NCBI RefSeq assembly: GCF_036365525.1
Contig: NC_090404.1
Span: forward strand, 12,304,550 to 12,368,549
Reading direction: 5' to 3'
Source: Heterodontus francisci
Taxonomy: Eukaryota
Length of the DNA: 64,000 bases
Shown: piece after piece, positions 1 to 12,568 of the stretch
How the letters are laid out: each line of letters starts with the position of its first letter
How positions within the stretch are numbered: the first letter of the stretch is position 1
Notes under the pieces: model-generated
What the model was told of the DNA's origin: nothing
The model's input: only the letters and a program-made list of their open reading frames with translations
Database searches by the model: none
Program-made: the position numbers and the translations under genes

Positions 1-1429
1 AGGCCCCAAGAACCCCACCTGGTAAAACAAGGCGGCCTTCTTGCGGGCTGGGTAGGGGGCCCTCCTGATCAGGCACCCTGTGCCCAACGCAGGACCGCCC
101 CCCAATCCCCAACAGCCCGCAACCCACAGCAATACTCCACCCCCCAAACAACCGTTCTTGCCTCCTAGGGCCTGGCTGATTGACCCCGGCGGGGCCCTAA
201 AGACTTATCTGACTTCCGAGCCATCCTTTCTGTTGCATCCAATGGCTGGGTGTAGTCCCAGAGGTAACCGCCACTCCCGGACTAAGAGCTGCCAGCCCGC
301 TGATAGGCCGACAGCTCCATTAGACGGGACTTGTTGCCTCAAGGATGTGGAAGACCCGGCCAAGACTAATTAAGCACCTGAGGAGAGAAAGATCTCAGTG
401 CTGGCAGAGCAAAGAATTGAACTGCTGGGAGGCACCGCCGCAGCACTTTAAACAGGGAGCACGGCCTCAGGGCCACAATTAGAGGGTAGAGCTGTTCACA
501 GTGTCTGTTCCCTGTGGACTGTGGAGCGGGGCAAATGGAGTCCAACTTGCTGCAAATGGTTTGAAATAAAACTGATTTATTATAGATTGGCTCTTTATTT
601 ACTCTCAGGGAGTTAGACATCAGACAGTCTCCTGCCAATATAGAGCTGTATATTGAATGGAGGTGGCATTACTGAAAGAGCTGCCAATTATTCCAACTCC
701 CCTGGCATTTCCCCAGAGCCCTGCAAACTCTTCCTTTTTAATATTTATCCAATTCCCTTTGGAAAGTTATTATTGAATCTGGTTTCATTTCCCTTTCAGG
801 CAGTGCATTCTAGATTGCAGAAACTAGCTGAGTATTTTGCCAATTATATGCGGTGTTTGTTGTTAAATACATTTGCTCAGAAGATTTAATTTTAAAGTTA
901 AATAGGATATGCAGGCGTGACGCTGTATTCACACATTGAAGGTGAGAGAGATGCTGTGGAACACCTGGTAAGTCCAGAACCTTAAAATGATTTGTGTTTA
1001 GTGATCCTGGGCGTGTTGCTGACACCTTCTCTGGATCCCAAGGCTAGGAGAGGCACTCTGGAAGGTATGGGGAGCTGGTACCAGTTCAAGAGAGTAACCA
1101 AAGGTAGGAGAACTGAAACTATCTAAAATTAGAATAAAGAAAAGGCCCCAATACGGAACACTTGGTAACAGGACATCAATTAGTCTCCTGTCCTGGAGAA
1201 ATCAAGGTCTGGACAAGCGTGTGTTGGAAAGAAATCTGATTTATTTGGTAAACATAAAAAGAAACTCCAGCCTAGTTGTAGGGGTTATTAACATTAGCAG
1301 AAACAAACTCCACTTTTAGAATGAGCATGGTTTAGTCCTGGACAGAATCCAACCACTTCAACAAAAACAACTTGCATTTAGATAACATTTTCAGCATAAT
1401 ATATCAGTCCAAGGGTATTATAAAACAAA

Positions 1430-1960
1430 ATATATACCAAACAGTCTAGTGCAATATAAACAGAAACAGGGTGTCATGTCATATAAAGAGATAGGGTCTA
1501 GTGTAATATAAATAGAGACAGGGTCTAGTGTAATACATCAGAGACGGGGTCTCGTGCAACATAAAGAAACAGGGTCGAGTGTAATATAAACGGAGGAAGG
1601 GTCCAGCGTAATATAAGCAAAAACAGGGTCTAGTGTAACACAAAGAGGCAGGGCCTAGTATATTGTAAACAGAGGCAGGGTCCAGTGCAATGTAAACAAA
1701 GACAGGTCCGAGTGAAATATAAACAGAGATCTGTTCTATTACAGTATAATTGAGCGTAAGCCTAATGCAATATTAGCAGAGACATGATCTAGCATAATAA
1801 TAGCAAAAATAGGACCGCATGTAATATAAATAGAGACATTGTCTGTTGTGATAACTGAGACAGAGCCTTGTGTAATAGAAAAAGAGAGATGTTCTACATT
1901 CCTAATAGCAAGAACAGATCCAGCTGTAATGCAAACAGAGACATGTCTACAACAAGTACT
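1430..1960. repeat. Degenerate ~30-bp minisatellite (GGGTCTAGTGTAATATAAACAGAGACA-like)
   Basis: Tandem units visible. The same family recurs at about 3200-3340, 54780-55140, 56850-57090, 60870-61270 and 62560-62690. Confidence 0.8.
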
Positions 1961-2209
1961 GTATTTATGAAGCACCTTAAACTCAATGAAATGTCTCATC
2001 AGCAGGTAACAACGACCTTACTGAAACATCAGTGCAGCAGAGGTTGATGTTGCTGAACGCATGTTAAGTCGCCGTCTGCACTGTCAGAGGAAGTAAGATT
2101 ATTGGCAACAATATTAATAATACTCAGATTACTGCACAGCTCAATGTTAAGAGAACAGGTAGCTTTAGAAATAATCTGAAGGTGAAATAATGATTAAATT
2201 TATTTCAAT

Positions 2210-2700
2210 CCACACTTCAAGGAGGGTTGCAAGGCCTTAGAGAGGGTGCAGAGGGGATTTAATAGAATTGGACGAGGGTTGAGGAACCTCAGTTCTCCGG
2301 AGAGATTAAAAAAGCTGGGATAGTTTCCCTTAGAACAGAGGGGTTTAAAGGGAGATTAAAAAGAGCTGACGGATTATGAAGGAGTTTGATAGTGTTGATA
2401 GTGAGATACTGTTTCCATTGGTAGGAATGCCGGTAAGCAGGGGACACAGATTTCAGATAATTGGTAAAGGAAGAGGATGAGAGTTTTTTTAATGCAGCGA
2501 GCGATTGGGAGCTGGAATGAATTACCTGAAAGGGCAGTGTAACCACATTTAAAAGCAACCTTCAAAAGGGATTGGATAATTACTTGGAAAGTATTCAGGG
2601 CTTTCGAGAAAGACCAGGAGAATGGAACTGATTGGATAACACTTTCATAAAGCTGACACAATGGGCCGAATTCCCTCCTTCTGTGCTGTCAGATTCCATA
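2210..2700 (+). mobile_element. CR1-like LINE 3' fragment (family A)
   Basis: ALERVQR-like coding remnant and GGGCCGAA...CCTTCTGTGCTG tail. Confidence 0.7.
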
Positions 2701-3339
2701 ATTCAATGAACTTCAATTGCATCAATCAATAGTTTTGTAATTGCGCTCCTGAAATTGCTATTTGTGATATTTCTATATGTTGTACTGTGATAATTGCTAA
2801 CTATTTCTTTTCACTGCTAAGGGATGTTTTTATTTGGGATTTTCTATTTATCTTTTGTCTAACCCACTGACTGTCAGACAGAGTCTGGAACCATGACCGC
2901 ACAGCACAGCCGTATGGACTCCCGCAGGGTCCTAAACTCCACTGAACAAACCCAGCTGCACGATCGGAACAACCTAAAAATAACCGAGCACACACAAACA
3001 CTCATAGAAGTGTATGTATGTGCATATGTGGATTCGACAAAGATAGATGATTATCTTCACAAATTATGTTTTAACATTTTATTTTCTTCTATTCAAAACG
3101 TAATTCCAGATCATTTATTGCATTCGAGCAAGGCTCTAAATTTATTACACAAGATGATTTCGCTGTTTATTTTACATTATGCTACATCTCCGTCTATATC
3201 ACACTAGATACTCTCATTTATTGCTGCATTGCACAATGTGTCAATTTATATTGCACCAGATCCGGTTTCAGTTATTACTAGACCGTGCCATGTATCTGTT
3301 TACATCATATTAGCCTTTGTCTCAGTTTTCATTGCACTA

Positions 3340-4830
3340 CTCCAGTAGAAAAATAATGATTATGATAAACTTTAACAAAACACCAGTAGGACTCAGCTAG
3401 AGTATTGTGTCCATTTCTGGGTGCCAAATTTTCAGAAGGACATCGAGGCCCTAGAGAGCGTCCAGAAAGATTTTCTAAAATGGTACCAGGGATGAAAGAT
3501 TTCAGTTATGTGGAGAAGCTGAGGTTAAAAGGAGATTTTATAGAGACATACAAAATCATGAAGTGGTTTGATAGAATAAATAAACGGAAAATATATCCAG
3601 TGGTAGAAGGGCTGATAACCAGAGGACACAGATTCAAGGAAAATAGCAAAATAACTAAAGACAAAATATAAACTACTTGGATCTCGGAATATGGAGTAGA
3701 ATCCAAAAATTCGCAGATGACACCAAACTTGGAGTTGTGGCAAACAGTGAGGATGATGTAAATCGATTGCAACAGGACACTGATAGGCCAGCAGAGTGCT
3801 CAGAAAAGTGGCAGATGGAACTTAATGCTGATAAGTGTGAGGTGATGCATTTTGACAGAAGGAATATGCAGAGGCAATATGTACTTAATGGCACAGTTCT
3901 AAAGAGTGTACAGGAAGAGAGGGACCTTGGGATGCATGTGCATCGATCTTTGAAGGTGGAAGGGCATATTGAGAGAGTTCTTCATAAAGTATGTGCGATC
4001 TTGGGCTTCATAACACAGGCATTGAGTATAAAAGCAGGGACGTTATGCTGAACCTATATAAAGCTCTGGTTAGGTCACACCTGGAGTACTGCGTTCTGTT
4101 CTGGTCACCACACCTTTGGAGGGTCCTTGAGAGAGATTTATTAGAATGGTTCCCTGGATGGAAGATTTTAGTTATAAGGTTAGCTTGGAAAATTGGGTTT
4201 ATTCTCCTTAGAACAAAGGAGATTGAGGGGAGATTTAATAGAAATGTACAAGGTTATAAAAGACTTAGGTAAGTTAGATAAGGAAAAACCGTTCATATTA
4301 ACTAATAGTACAAGGACTAGGAGACACAGATTGAAGGTTTTGGGTAACAGATGCGGAGCAAATATGAGGAAGAACTTATTTTTATGCAGCGGATGGTAAT
4401 GATCTGGAACTCGCTGCCCATAAGGGTATTGGAAGTGGAGACAATAAATGACTTCAAAATAAAATTGGATGACCACTTGAAGTAAGTAGACTTGCAGGAC
4501 TACGAAGATCATGCGGGCGAGTGAGACTGACTGACTAGCTCTGTGGAGAGCCAGCATGGACTCAAAGGGCCACCTTCTGTACCGTAAATGACTGTAGACG
4601 ATAAGAGGGGGAAGATAAATGACAGAGCGAATTGTTATGTTTTGGAATGCACTGCTTGAAAGAGCGGTGGAAGCAGATTGAATAATAACTTAAAAAAAGG
4701 GAATTTAATAAATATTTTAATGGAACAAAATTGCAGGGCTCTGGGGAAATAGTAGGGGGCAATGGATAGTTCTTTCAAAGAGTTGGTACAGTCCTGAAAG
4801 GTTGAATGGTCTCTTTCTCAGCATTATCAT
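3340..4830 (+). mobile_element. Nested CR1-like LINE fragments (family A)
   Basis: RT motifs KFADDTKLG, WQMELNADKCEVMHF and LYKALVRSHLEYC, with frameshifts. Confidence 0.88.
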
Positions 4831-4919
4831 TCTAGGAGTGCATGATTCATCAGCTCAATCCAACACTATTTTTACACCTATTATTAATAAAAAGAACAAA
4901 ATAAAAACGGTGCTTTTAA

Positions 4920-5300
4920 ACAACCCCCGTTCATGATCACAGGCCCTCTCAAAAGATTTGCAGCCAATGAACTACTTATGAAGTATCGTCACTGCTATCA
5001 TGTAGGAAATTCAGCAGTCAATTTCCACTCAGCAAGCATGCGAACACACGAATTAGGAGCAGGAGTAGGCCACTCGTCCCCTACACAAGCAGCAATGCGA
5101 TAATGACAAGATAATCAGTTTTTGTGATGTTGATTGAGGGATAAATATTGATCAGGACACCAGGGTAACTCCACTGCACTGGTTTGAAATAGCGCCATGG
5201 GATCATTTGTATCTGAGAGGGCAGAATGCACCTCGGTTTCATGTCCGATTCGAAAAAACGGCATCTCCGACAGCGCAGCACTCCATTGGAGTGCCAGTGT
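4920..5300 (-). mobile_element. Deu-domain SINE (SacSINE1/AmnSINE1-like)
   Basis: Core GAGGGATAAATATTG...CAGGACACC...CCATGGGATC...CTGAGAGGGCAGA...CCTCGGTTT shared with copies at about 20640-21060 and 33085-33440. Confidence 0.7.
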
Positions 5301-7546
5301 AACTTCTGCAAACTCAGAGGGGAGAGTAATACCAACCGAGCAACGGCTGATGATCCAGGGTCGTTGCTAATTAAAATATAGATCAAGGAGGCAAATGGAA
5401 CTCCAGGCATTCAACAGTTCAACCTCCGATATAGATACAGTGTTAAATCAGAGAGAGTCCGAGCCTTTCAGGTATTCCTCAATAATGTACACTATGGCCG
5501 GTAGTACAGACATTGACTGTGAGTCTCACCTTGAATCCAACACCAGAATAAATCTGCCATTCTGGGAACTGTACCGTATCATTCATTTAGTAAGTAACCC
5601 AGAACTTCACAATAATCTAAGCTATATGGATAAACTCGGTTATTTTCTACATAAGAAACTTCAGTGGCCGTGAATCGTTAAAGAATTGGTGATCACTAGT
5701 AGATTGAGAAACATCAATCGATTGGGAGTGGTGAAAGGATTGGGATTCATTGATGGACAGAGAGACATCAATTGGTTGTAAGCTGTCAATTGCTTGCGAA
5801 AGTTAATGGCTGTGGATCAATAGATTGGAACCATCAATGGATTGAGAAACATCTAATGTTTGGGAAACTCGATGAAGAATAAAAATATTGAGAAATATCA
5901 TTTGTTTTGAATATGAAACCCGATTGACCCCTCCCCTTTGTATAATAGGGAAATACCTATTGATCCAGAAATGTCTCTCGGTTTATCTGTTTCTGTTAGT
6001 GGGCGCAGAGACAGTTTGTTACTCCTGGTACCTGGGTAATGAGCGGGAATGGGAACTGTGCACAAACCAGATTAATAATCCTAGATTACGGGAGACAGCC
6101 GTACAAGGGAGAGGGGTCAATCAGGAATCGACCAACTCGGCACCATTCTCCTATAAACACCTCACTAATATACCTGACTGTTAATAATTCATTTTTCAGC
6201 GCCTTGGAACATTCCGAAAGGGTTTCAAGGTATAAATTCGGAGCAGACATTTGTGTGGAAAACTAATTATTGAATATTCTCATACTGGATTCTTATTGGA
6301 GGCTTTATATCCATACAGCAGTTTTCTCGGACACTAAACAAGTCTAACGCAGAAGTGCAACCGGATGAAAAGCAAGACTTTGTATTAACCTCATGACGTA
6401 GAGCACTGGCCTGAGAATCATGTTCAAAATTGTGATTGAAATCACCATATTCAGCAACGTCACCAACACAGCTCTGTCAGGCTGATATACCATGTCCGCT
6501 CTAACCATATGTTTCCATCCTGCTCCTATTTCTTACGTCCTTATATTGTCGATTTACAAGGGAGTCAAGGGTCATGGGGGACAGGCAGGAAAGTGGAGTT
6601 CAGGCCACAATCGGATCAGCCATGATTTTATTGAATGGCGGAGCAGGCTCGAGGGGCCGAATGGCCTACTCCTGCTCCTAATTCTTAGATTGTTATCACA
6701 GTCACCCTGTACCATCAACCTGAGTACATCTCACTGAAGTACTGAACTCGTGAACGATTTATTCAGTGCATGAATAGACTGAATGGCGAGGCTCTGGGGA
6801 GTGTGGTTATAGGAGTTAAGGACATTTGAATTTGTAAGCACAATGCGTAATATCCGCAGGATATATTACACTGTGGCTGTGACTTACAATGAATACATGT
6901 CGGTGAAGAAAGTCATGCTCCTTTTATCCGTGTTGTTTAAAGTTCTGTGACTGTACCAGTCTCACAGAGGAACAAATATTTATGTAGGGAAGTGGACAAA
7001 ATGTATCCAATGGTTTGCTGTATTTCTGCCTTGATTGAAGTAATTCGGGTGAGGATATGTTGAGTGCTTTGTTGTACATGAAAGGACCACATGTTCAGCA
7101 ATATTACAATCGTCCTTGTCAACCCAGTCATATTCTCCCTTTATATCTTTGAGACGAAAATTTGTCAGCAGTAAAGAAGGATCATCTGTACCGCAGGGAT
7201 ATCTCCAGAATTCTCTTGGTGAATTGAGCTCGTTAGTTCTAGATATCCTAGCGACTGAAATGATCCAGACAATCAGGAAGAACTGAAGGCGTCAGACTGA
7301 TACAAATGAAATAAAGGGGCTGCTTCATGTTCGGAATAGTCAATCACACTGATGAGCATGTAAAACAGAATCATTCAGGCCCATCTATCCATCCATTCCT
7401 CAATCCATTCATTGGTCCTTTAAACAAAACATGCAGACATCCAACTATATATTCATGCCTGCATTGCTGCATCTGTCGCTCCATCCACACAAATAAGCAT
7501 ATTTATCTATTTCACAATGTACCCTCTCTCTCTGACATTTATGTCT

Positions 7547-7547
7547 G

Positions 7548-7611
<64 letters not shown>
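7547..7611. repeat. (TCTA)n microsatellite
   Basis: Pure tetranucleotide run. Confidence 0.97.
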
Positions 7612-8384
7612 ATCCAATGTTATGATGAGCTGGAAAGATTCTCTAGTGGACTGTTGCTACTAACATGGTGTCTGAGGCACTGAATGTATTTCCTTTACTT
7701 AGATAGGAACAGTTCACATAGTTCCACAAAGGATAAAATAAAATTGTATCCAGCGTTGCTGCTGGGTAGATTTGTTTCTGAATAGGTCTCACTGATAATG
7801 TTCAGGGTTTGAAGTTGGCTGGCAGCCAAGCGGTCAGTAATGAGGAAACAGATCTTTGATTATTGCACAGAACCCCCAGATGCTTCTTGTAAATGACATT
7901 GGGTGTTCGAGCCTCCCTGACGGCGATCGGCTGGGTTACTGCCAAATAATGTGTGGGTCAGATGAGCGTGAAAATGAATGGGCAAAGATGGGATTAAATC
8001 ATTTGAGCATTAACTTATTCAGCAGTGCTCTTACAAAAAAAAGAAAGCATTTTCCTTGGTATCACATCTAAAGAATGATTTTCGGTAAATTCAGTGTTCA
8101 TATCATGATAAAATGGGATCACTAAATAATAAATTGACTCACGTGAAAATTAAATATAATTTTGGATAATTAAGACCATTTTTTCCGTGCTGCATGATGT
8201 TCTAGAGATTTTAATGACCCCTACACACCGTATTGAGATATTAGGAATCGCAAAGTAAATAAATAGGTGGAATTGACTTGAACCTCCTTCAGTTACGTGA
8301 ATTTTCTCAGAGATCTGTAAATCACATTAAAACTGAAGACTCCTTTATTACTGATAACAGGTGCAAATTGTACTGTTTGATTTT

Positions 8385-10250
8385 AATAGACAGAGCTAAG
8401 CGATCCCATAACCAACGGATCAGATCTAAACTCTGCAGTCCTGCCACATCCAGCCGTGAATGGTGGTGGACAATTAAACAACTAACTGGAGGAGGTGGCA
8501 CCACAAATACCCCCATCCTCAATGATGGGCGAGCCCAGCACATCAGTTCGAAAGATAAGGCTGGAGCATTTGCCACAATCTTCAGCCAGAAGTGCCGAAT
8601 TGATGATCCATCTCGGCATCCTCCTGAAGTCGCCAGCATCACAGATGCCAGACTTCAGCCAATTCGATTCACTCCACGTGATATCAAGAAACGACTGAAG
8701 GCACGGGATACTGCAAAAGCTATGGCCCTGACAATATTCTGGCAATAGTACTGAAGACCTGTGCTCCACCCCGAGCCAAGCTGTTCCAGTACAGCTACAA
8801 CACTGGGCTCTACCCTGCAATGTGGAAAATTGCCCGGGTATGTCCTGCACACAAAAATCAGGACAAGTCCAACCCGGCCAACTACCGCCCCATCAGCCTA
8901 CTCTCAATCATCAGTAAAGTGATGGAAGGTGCCATCAACAGTGCCATCAAGCGGCACTTTCTTAGCAATAACCTGCTCAGAGATGCTCAGTTTGGGTTCC
9001 GCCAGGGCCACTGAGCTCCTGACCTCATTACAGCCTTGGTTTAAACATGGACAAAAGAGCTGAACTCAAGAGGTGAGGTGAGAGTGACTGCCCTTGACAT
9101 CAAGGCAGCATTTGACTGAGTATGGCATCAAGGAGCCCGAGCAAAACTGATGTCAATAGGAATCAGGGGGAAAGCCCTCCGCTGGTTGTAGTCATACCTA
9201 GCACAAAGGAAGATGGTTGTCGTTGTTGGAGGTCAATCATCTGAGCTCCAGGACATCACTGCAGGAGTTCCTCAGGTTAGTGTCCTAGGCCCAGCCATCT
9301 TCATCTGCTTCATCAATGACCTTCCTTCAATCATAAGGTCAGAAGTGGGGATGTTCGCTGATGATTGCACAATGTTCAGCACCATTCGTGACTCCTCAGA
9401 TACTGAAGCAGTCCGTGTAGAAAGCAGCATGACCTGGACAATATCCAAGCTTGGGCCGATAAATGGCAAGTAACATTTGCACCACACAAGTGACAGGCAA
9501 TGACCATCTCCAACAAGAGAGAATCTAACCATCTACCCTCGACATTCAATGGCATTACCATCGCTGAATCCCCCACTATCAACATCCTAGGGGCTACCAT
9601 TGACCAGAAATTGAACTGGAGTAGCCATATAAATACCCTGGCTACAAGAGCAGGACAGAGGCTAGGAATCCTGAGGCGAGTAACTCACCTCCTGACTTCA
9701 CAAAGCCTGTCCACCATCTACAAGGCACAAGTCAGGAGTGTGATGGAATACTCTCCACTTGCCTGGATGGGTGCAGCTCCAACAACACTCACGAAGCTCG
9801 ACACCATCCAGGACAAAGCAGCCCGCTTGATTGGCACCCCATCTACAAACATTCACTCCCTCCACCACCGACGCACAGTGGCAGCAGTGTGCACCATCTA
9901 CAAGATGCACTGCAGCAATGCACCAACGCTCCTTGGACAGCAACTTCCAAACCAACGACCTCTACCAACTAGAAGGACAATGGTAACAAATACATGGGAA
10001 CACCACCATATGCAATTTCCCCTCCAAGTCACACACCATCCTGACTTGGAACTATATCGGCGTTCCTTCACTGTCGCTGGGCCAAAATCTTGGAACTCCC
10101 TTCCTAACAGCACTGTGGGTGTACCGACCCCACATGGACTGCAGCGGTTCAAGAAAGCAGCTCACCACCACCTTCTCAAGGGCAATTAGGGATGAGTAAT
10201 AAATGCTGGTCTGTCCAGCAACGCCCACATCCCATGAATGAATAAAAAAA
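8385..10250 (+). mobile_element. 5'-truncated CR1/L2-clade LINE (family B), relatively well preserved
   Basis: RT motifs NYRPISLLSIISKVME, QFGFRQGH, GVPQ and MFADDCT; 3' tail AAGGGCAATTAGGGATG...CCCACATCCCATGAATGAATAAAAAAA; several stops and frameshifts. Confidence 0.93.
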
Positions 10251-11211
10251 GTATGTTGATTTGGCTTGCTTAACAAGCCCTCTCATGGCCAAGCTACCAA
10301 TGGGTGGAGAAATGGTCAGTTTGTGATCCGTTTCCACAGCAGATAACGCATTTCTTCTTGTGATATTCAGTAGCATAGTGTTAATTTCTGAAATACCGTG
10401 TTCCTGATGACAGTATATGTTACACCATCTGTCGTTATTAACTTAGCTGCAATGATTTGGGAGACGGGGGATAGATTTGCTGATCGCAATATCGGTTCTG
10501 ATTCACTAGCTCCTCTTTTTCAAAAGCTGATCTGAATTTTTTGTGTCACTCCTTAATTATCAGGCAAGCGGACTTCTTTTACAGCTAATTTTCAAAGGGC
10601 TGGCTTAGAGTTACAGAATCAGGAGCAATTCGAGAAATACATGGAGAGAGACACACTTGCATAATGTGAGGCGTTTCTATTCACTCTGGTCCTAAATCGT
10701 GTAACTACAGCCATTCGCAGTGCAAATAGAATCACTTTATTAAAATCCTGCATTTAGTTGCATAAATTGAGCACAATTCATATTATCGTGGATATTTTAT
10801 TGGTATAGATTGAAGGGATAGATAGTGAGAGATGGAGCAACAAATACCCGCAGTCACTTTAGACCCTGGTAATGTAATTCAACCTAAGAAATTCAATTCT
10901 CTGTGAAGAGCTGAGGAAATAAAGGGATTCAATTCACAATCTGCAATGCAATTATTTACGACTGAACGTCTGAACTACAATATCTGTATTTAGTACCCAG
11001 TAATACATTGCATGGAAACCATACAGCCAAATAACTATCCCTGGATACAGATAAAAATTTCACATTTAATAATATCCCAGTATAATGATATGAGTCCATT
11101 CTGTTCGTGATGTGGAAGGTGGGATGTAAATCCAGTCACTGCATCTATCAGGGAATCAATAGGCGGCGCCTGTAACTCCCCCACCCCACCCCCACCCCCA
11201 CCTCTGCCAGG

Positions 11212-11219
11212 TATTTAAA
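11212..11219 (+). promoter_or_regulatory. TATA-like box of the VH gene
   Basis: TATTTAAA about 100 bp upstream of the leader ATG. The same GGTATTTAAA motif precedes the TCR V at 40866. Only an octamer variant (ATGTAAAT, 11124-11131) is present upstream. Confidence 0.6.
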
Positions 11220-11310
11220 TGCCAGTCAAAGAGACTGCAATACAACAGTCTGGGAGCGGGTTTGCTCAGTGAGTTCTTGCCAGAACGTTTTTCTGAAAAT
11301 TGCCAGAAGG

Positions 11311-11356
11311 ATGAGGTTGGCGATTTCTCTCAGTTTATCGCTGGTTTTCTTATCCC
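11311..11356 (+). pseudogene. IGHV: IgH V leader exon (MRLAISLSLSLVFLS)
   Basis: ATG at 11311, hydrophobic signal peptide, phase-1 GTGAGT donor at 11357. Confidence 0.93.
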
Positions 11357-11483
11357 GTGAGTAGTTTTTATTGTCCCAGTCTCTCACTGTTACTGTCTCA
11401 GTGTTAGTCACTCTCTGGAATGTTACAGAGTCAGGAATCATTTCACCAGGATTAATCCTCAGGGTTTTTGATGCTTTTCATAG

Positions 11484-11786
11484 GTGTCCATTCGGATGTC
11501 GTGTTGAGTCAACCAGAGGCAGAGACTGGGAGACCCGGAGGCTCCCTGAGACTGATCTGTAAAACCAGCGGGTTCCATCTTGGCACCTACGGTATGCACT
11601 GGATCCGACAAGTTCCCGGGTAGGGGCTGGAGTGGTTGGTTTATTACTATACTTCATTCATCAATAAATACGCCTCAGGAATTCAGAATCGTTTTTGCGT
11701 CCAAAAAAACATCAAGCAACATATTCGCTTTAGACATGAAGAACCTGAAGATCGAAGATACCGCCATCTATTATTGTGCAAGATAC
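11484..11786 (+). pseudogene. IGHV: Shark IgM VH exon, pseudogenised
   Basis: Acceptor ttttcatag, then [69 protein letters not shown] / ASKKTSSNIFALDMKNLKIEDTAIYYCAR. In-frame TAG at 11621-11623 and a frameshift near 11695. Confidence 0.96.
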
Positions 11787-11825
11787 CACAGTGAGAGGAA
11801 CCCAGGCTGAACCCGTACAAGAAAA
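11787..11825 (+). other. VH recombination signal sequence, 23-bp spacer
   Basis: CACAGTG (11787-11793), 23 nt, ACAAGAAAA (11817-11825). Confidence 0.93.
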
Positions 11826-12484
11826 GCTCGAGGGGAAATTCAACAACTCCTGTTACAGCCTAACGGTCCTTAATTGTATTTAATGCAATATTAACGGCAG
11901 TGTTCAGAACCAGATCATGTACCATTTCTCGAAAAACAGAGTAAAAATTCAATGGTGCAAATCTAAGACACTGACCGATATACTGATGAGCAATTTTGGC
12001 TGCGCTGATTTTTAAAGTTAACAGTGTCAGCAATTGTGGACCTGGATAAGATACTAGTTTCAATGTAACCGATACCGAGAGGGAGTTACTTGGAGCTGTG
12101 TTCAATTCCTACTGTATGGTGTATACTTTTGGATATACTCTGAACTAGATCGAAAGTGAATTTATATTTGAACCGAATGCTGCGAGGCAGTACTGAACAA
12201 ACCTGCGATCAATATCGTGGCAAGGGGTCGAAAATAACAAGGATTAAATAAAATAATGGACATAGATGTTTATAAAAATGTATAAAAGTCTTCTGCTTTA
12301 TTGGTGTTGATTGCCATGCCAACTCTGCAAAAATGCTTCAGAAGTATTCCAGTCTCCTTTATAAATATATTGACCAGTACAAACTGAACTATCTCACTGA
12401 TACACTCTTAAGGGAGTCGGAATCAGATTTTTGGATCGTCCTGTGGAACTTAATATCTGTATTTTACAGTTAACAGTCCACCAG

Positions 12485-12512
12485 GGTATTTGACATGGTG
12501 TATCTCACTGTG
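12485..12512 (-). other. 12-bp-spacer RSS 5' of the D-J segment
   Basis: On +: GGTATTTGA (12485-12493), 12 nt, CACTGTG (12506-12512). No nonamer-like sequence at 22/23 spacing. Confidence 0.85.
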
Positions 12513-12568
12513 ATATCCTGGGTATTTCGACTACTGGGGACAAGGGACCATGGTGACGGTGACTGCAG
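12513..12568 (+). other. IGHJ: JH segment with a D-like 5' extension (probable germline-joined D2-JH), YPGYFDYWGQGTMVTVTA
   Basis: WGQG motif, phase-1 GTAAG donor at 12569, and a 12-RSS directly upstream. Confidence 0.9.

Noticed and set aside
1430-1960. CRISPR-like array or Ig switch region
   Set aside because: Degenerate tandem minisatellite without unique spacers, in a vertebrate genome. It is dispersed through the window and not AGCT/G-rich.
6830-6875. CACTGTG at 6869 as an RSS
   Set aside because: No nonamer at 12 or 23 spacing and no V, D or J coding sequence adjacent.
11140-11170. CTCF site at the VH promoter (TCAATAGGCGGCGCC)
   Set aside because: Mismatches at key core positions and non-standard spacing to the upstream module.
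11580-11810. ORF ending ...EDTAIYYCARYHSERNPG as an intact VH
   Set aside because: Only the part after the frameshift is in the V frame. The true V frame has TAG at 11621 and a frameshift near 11695.
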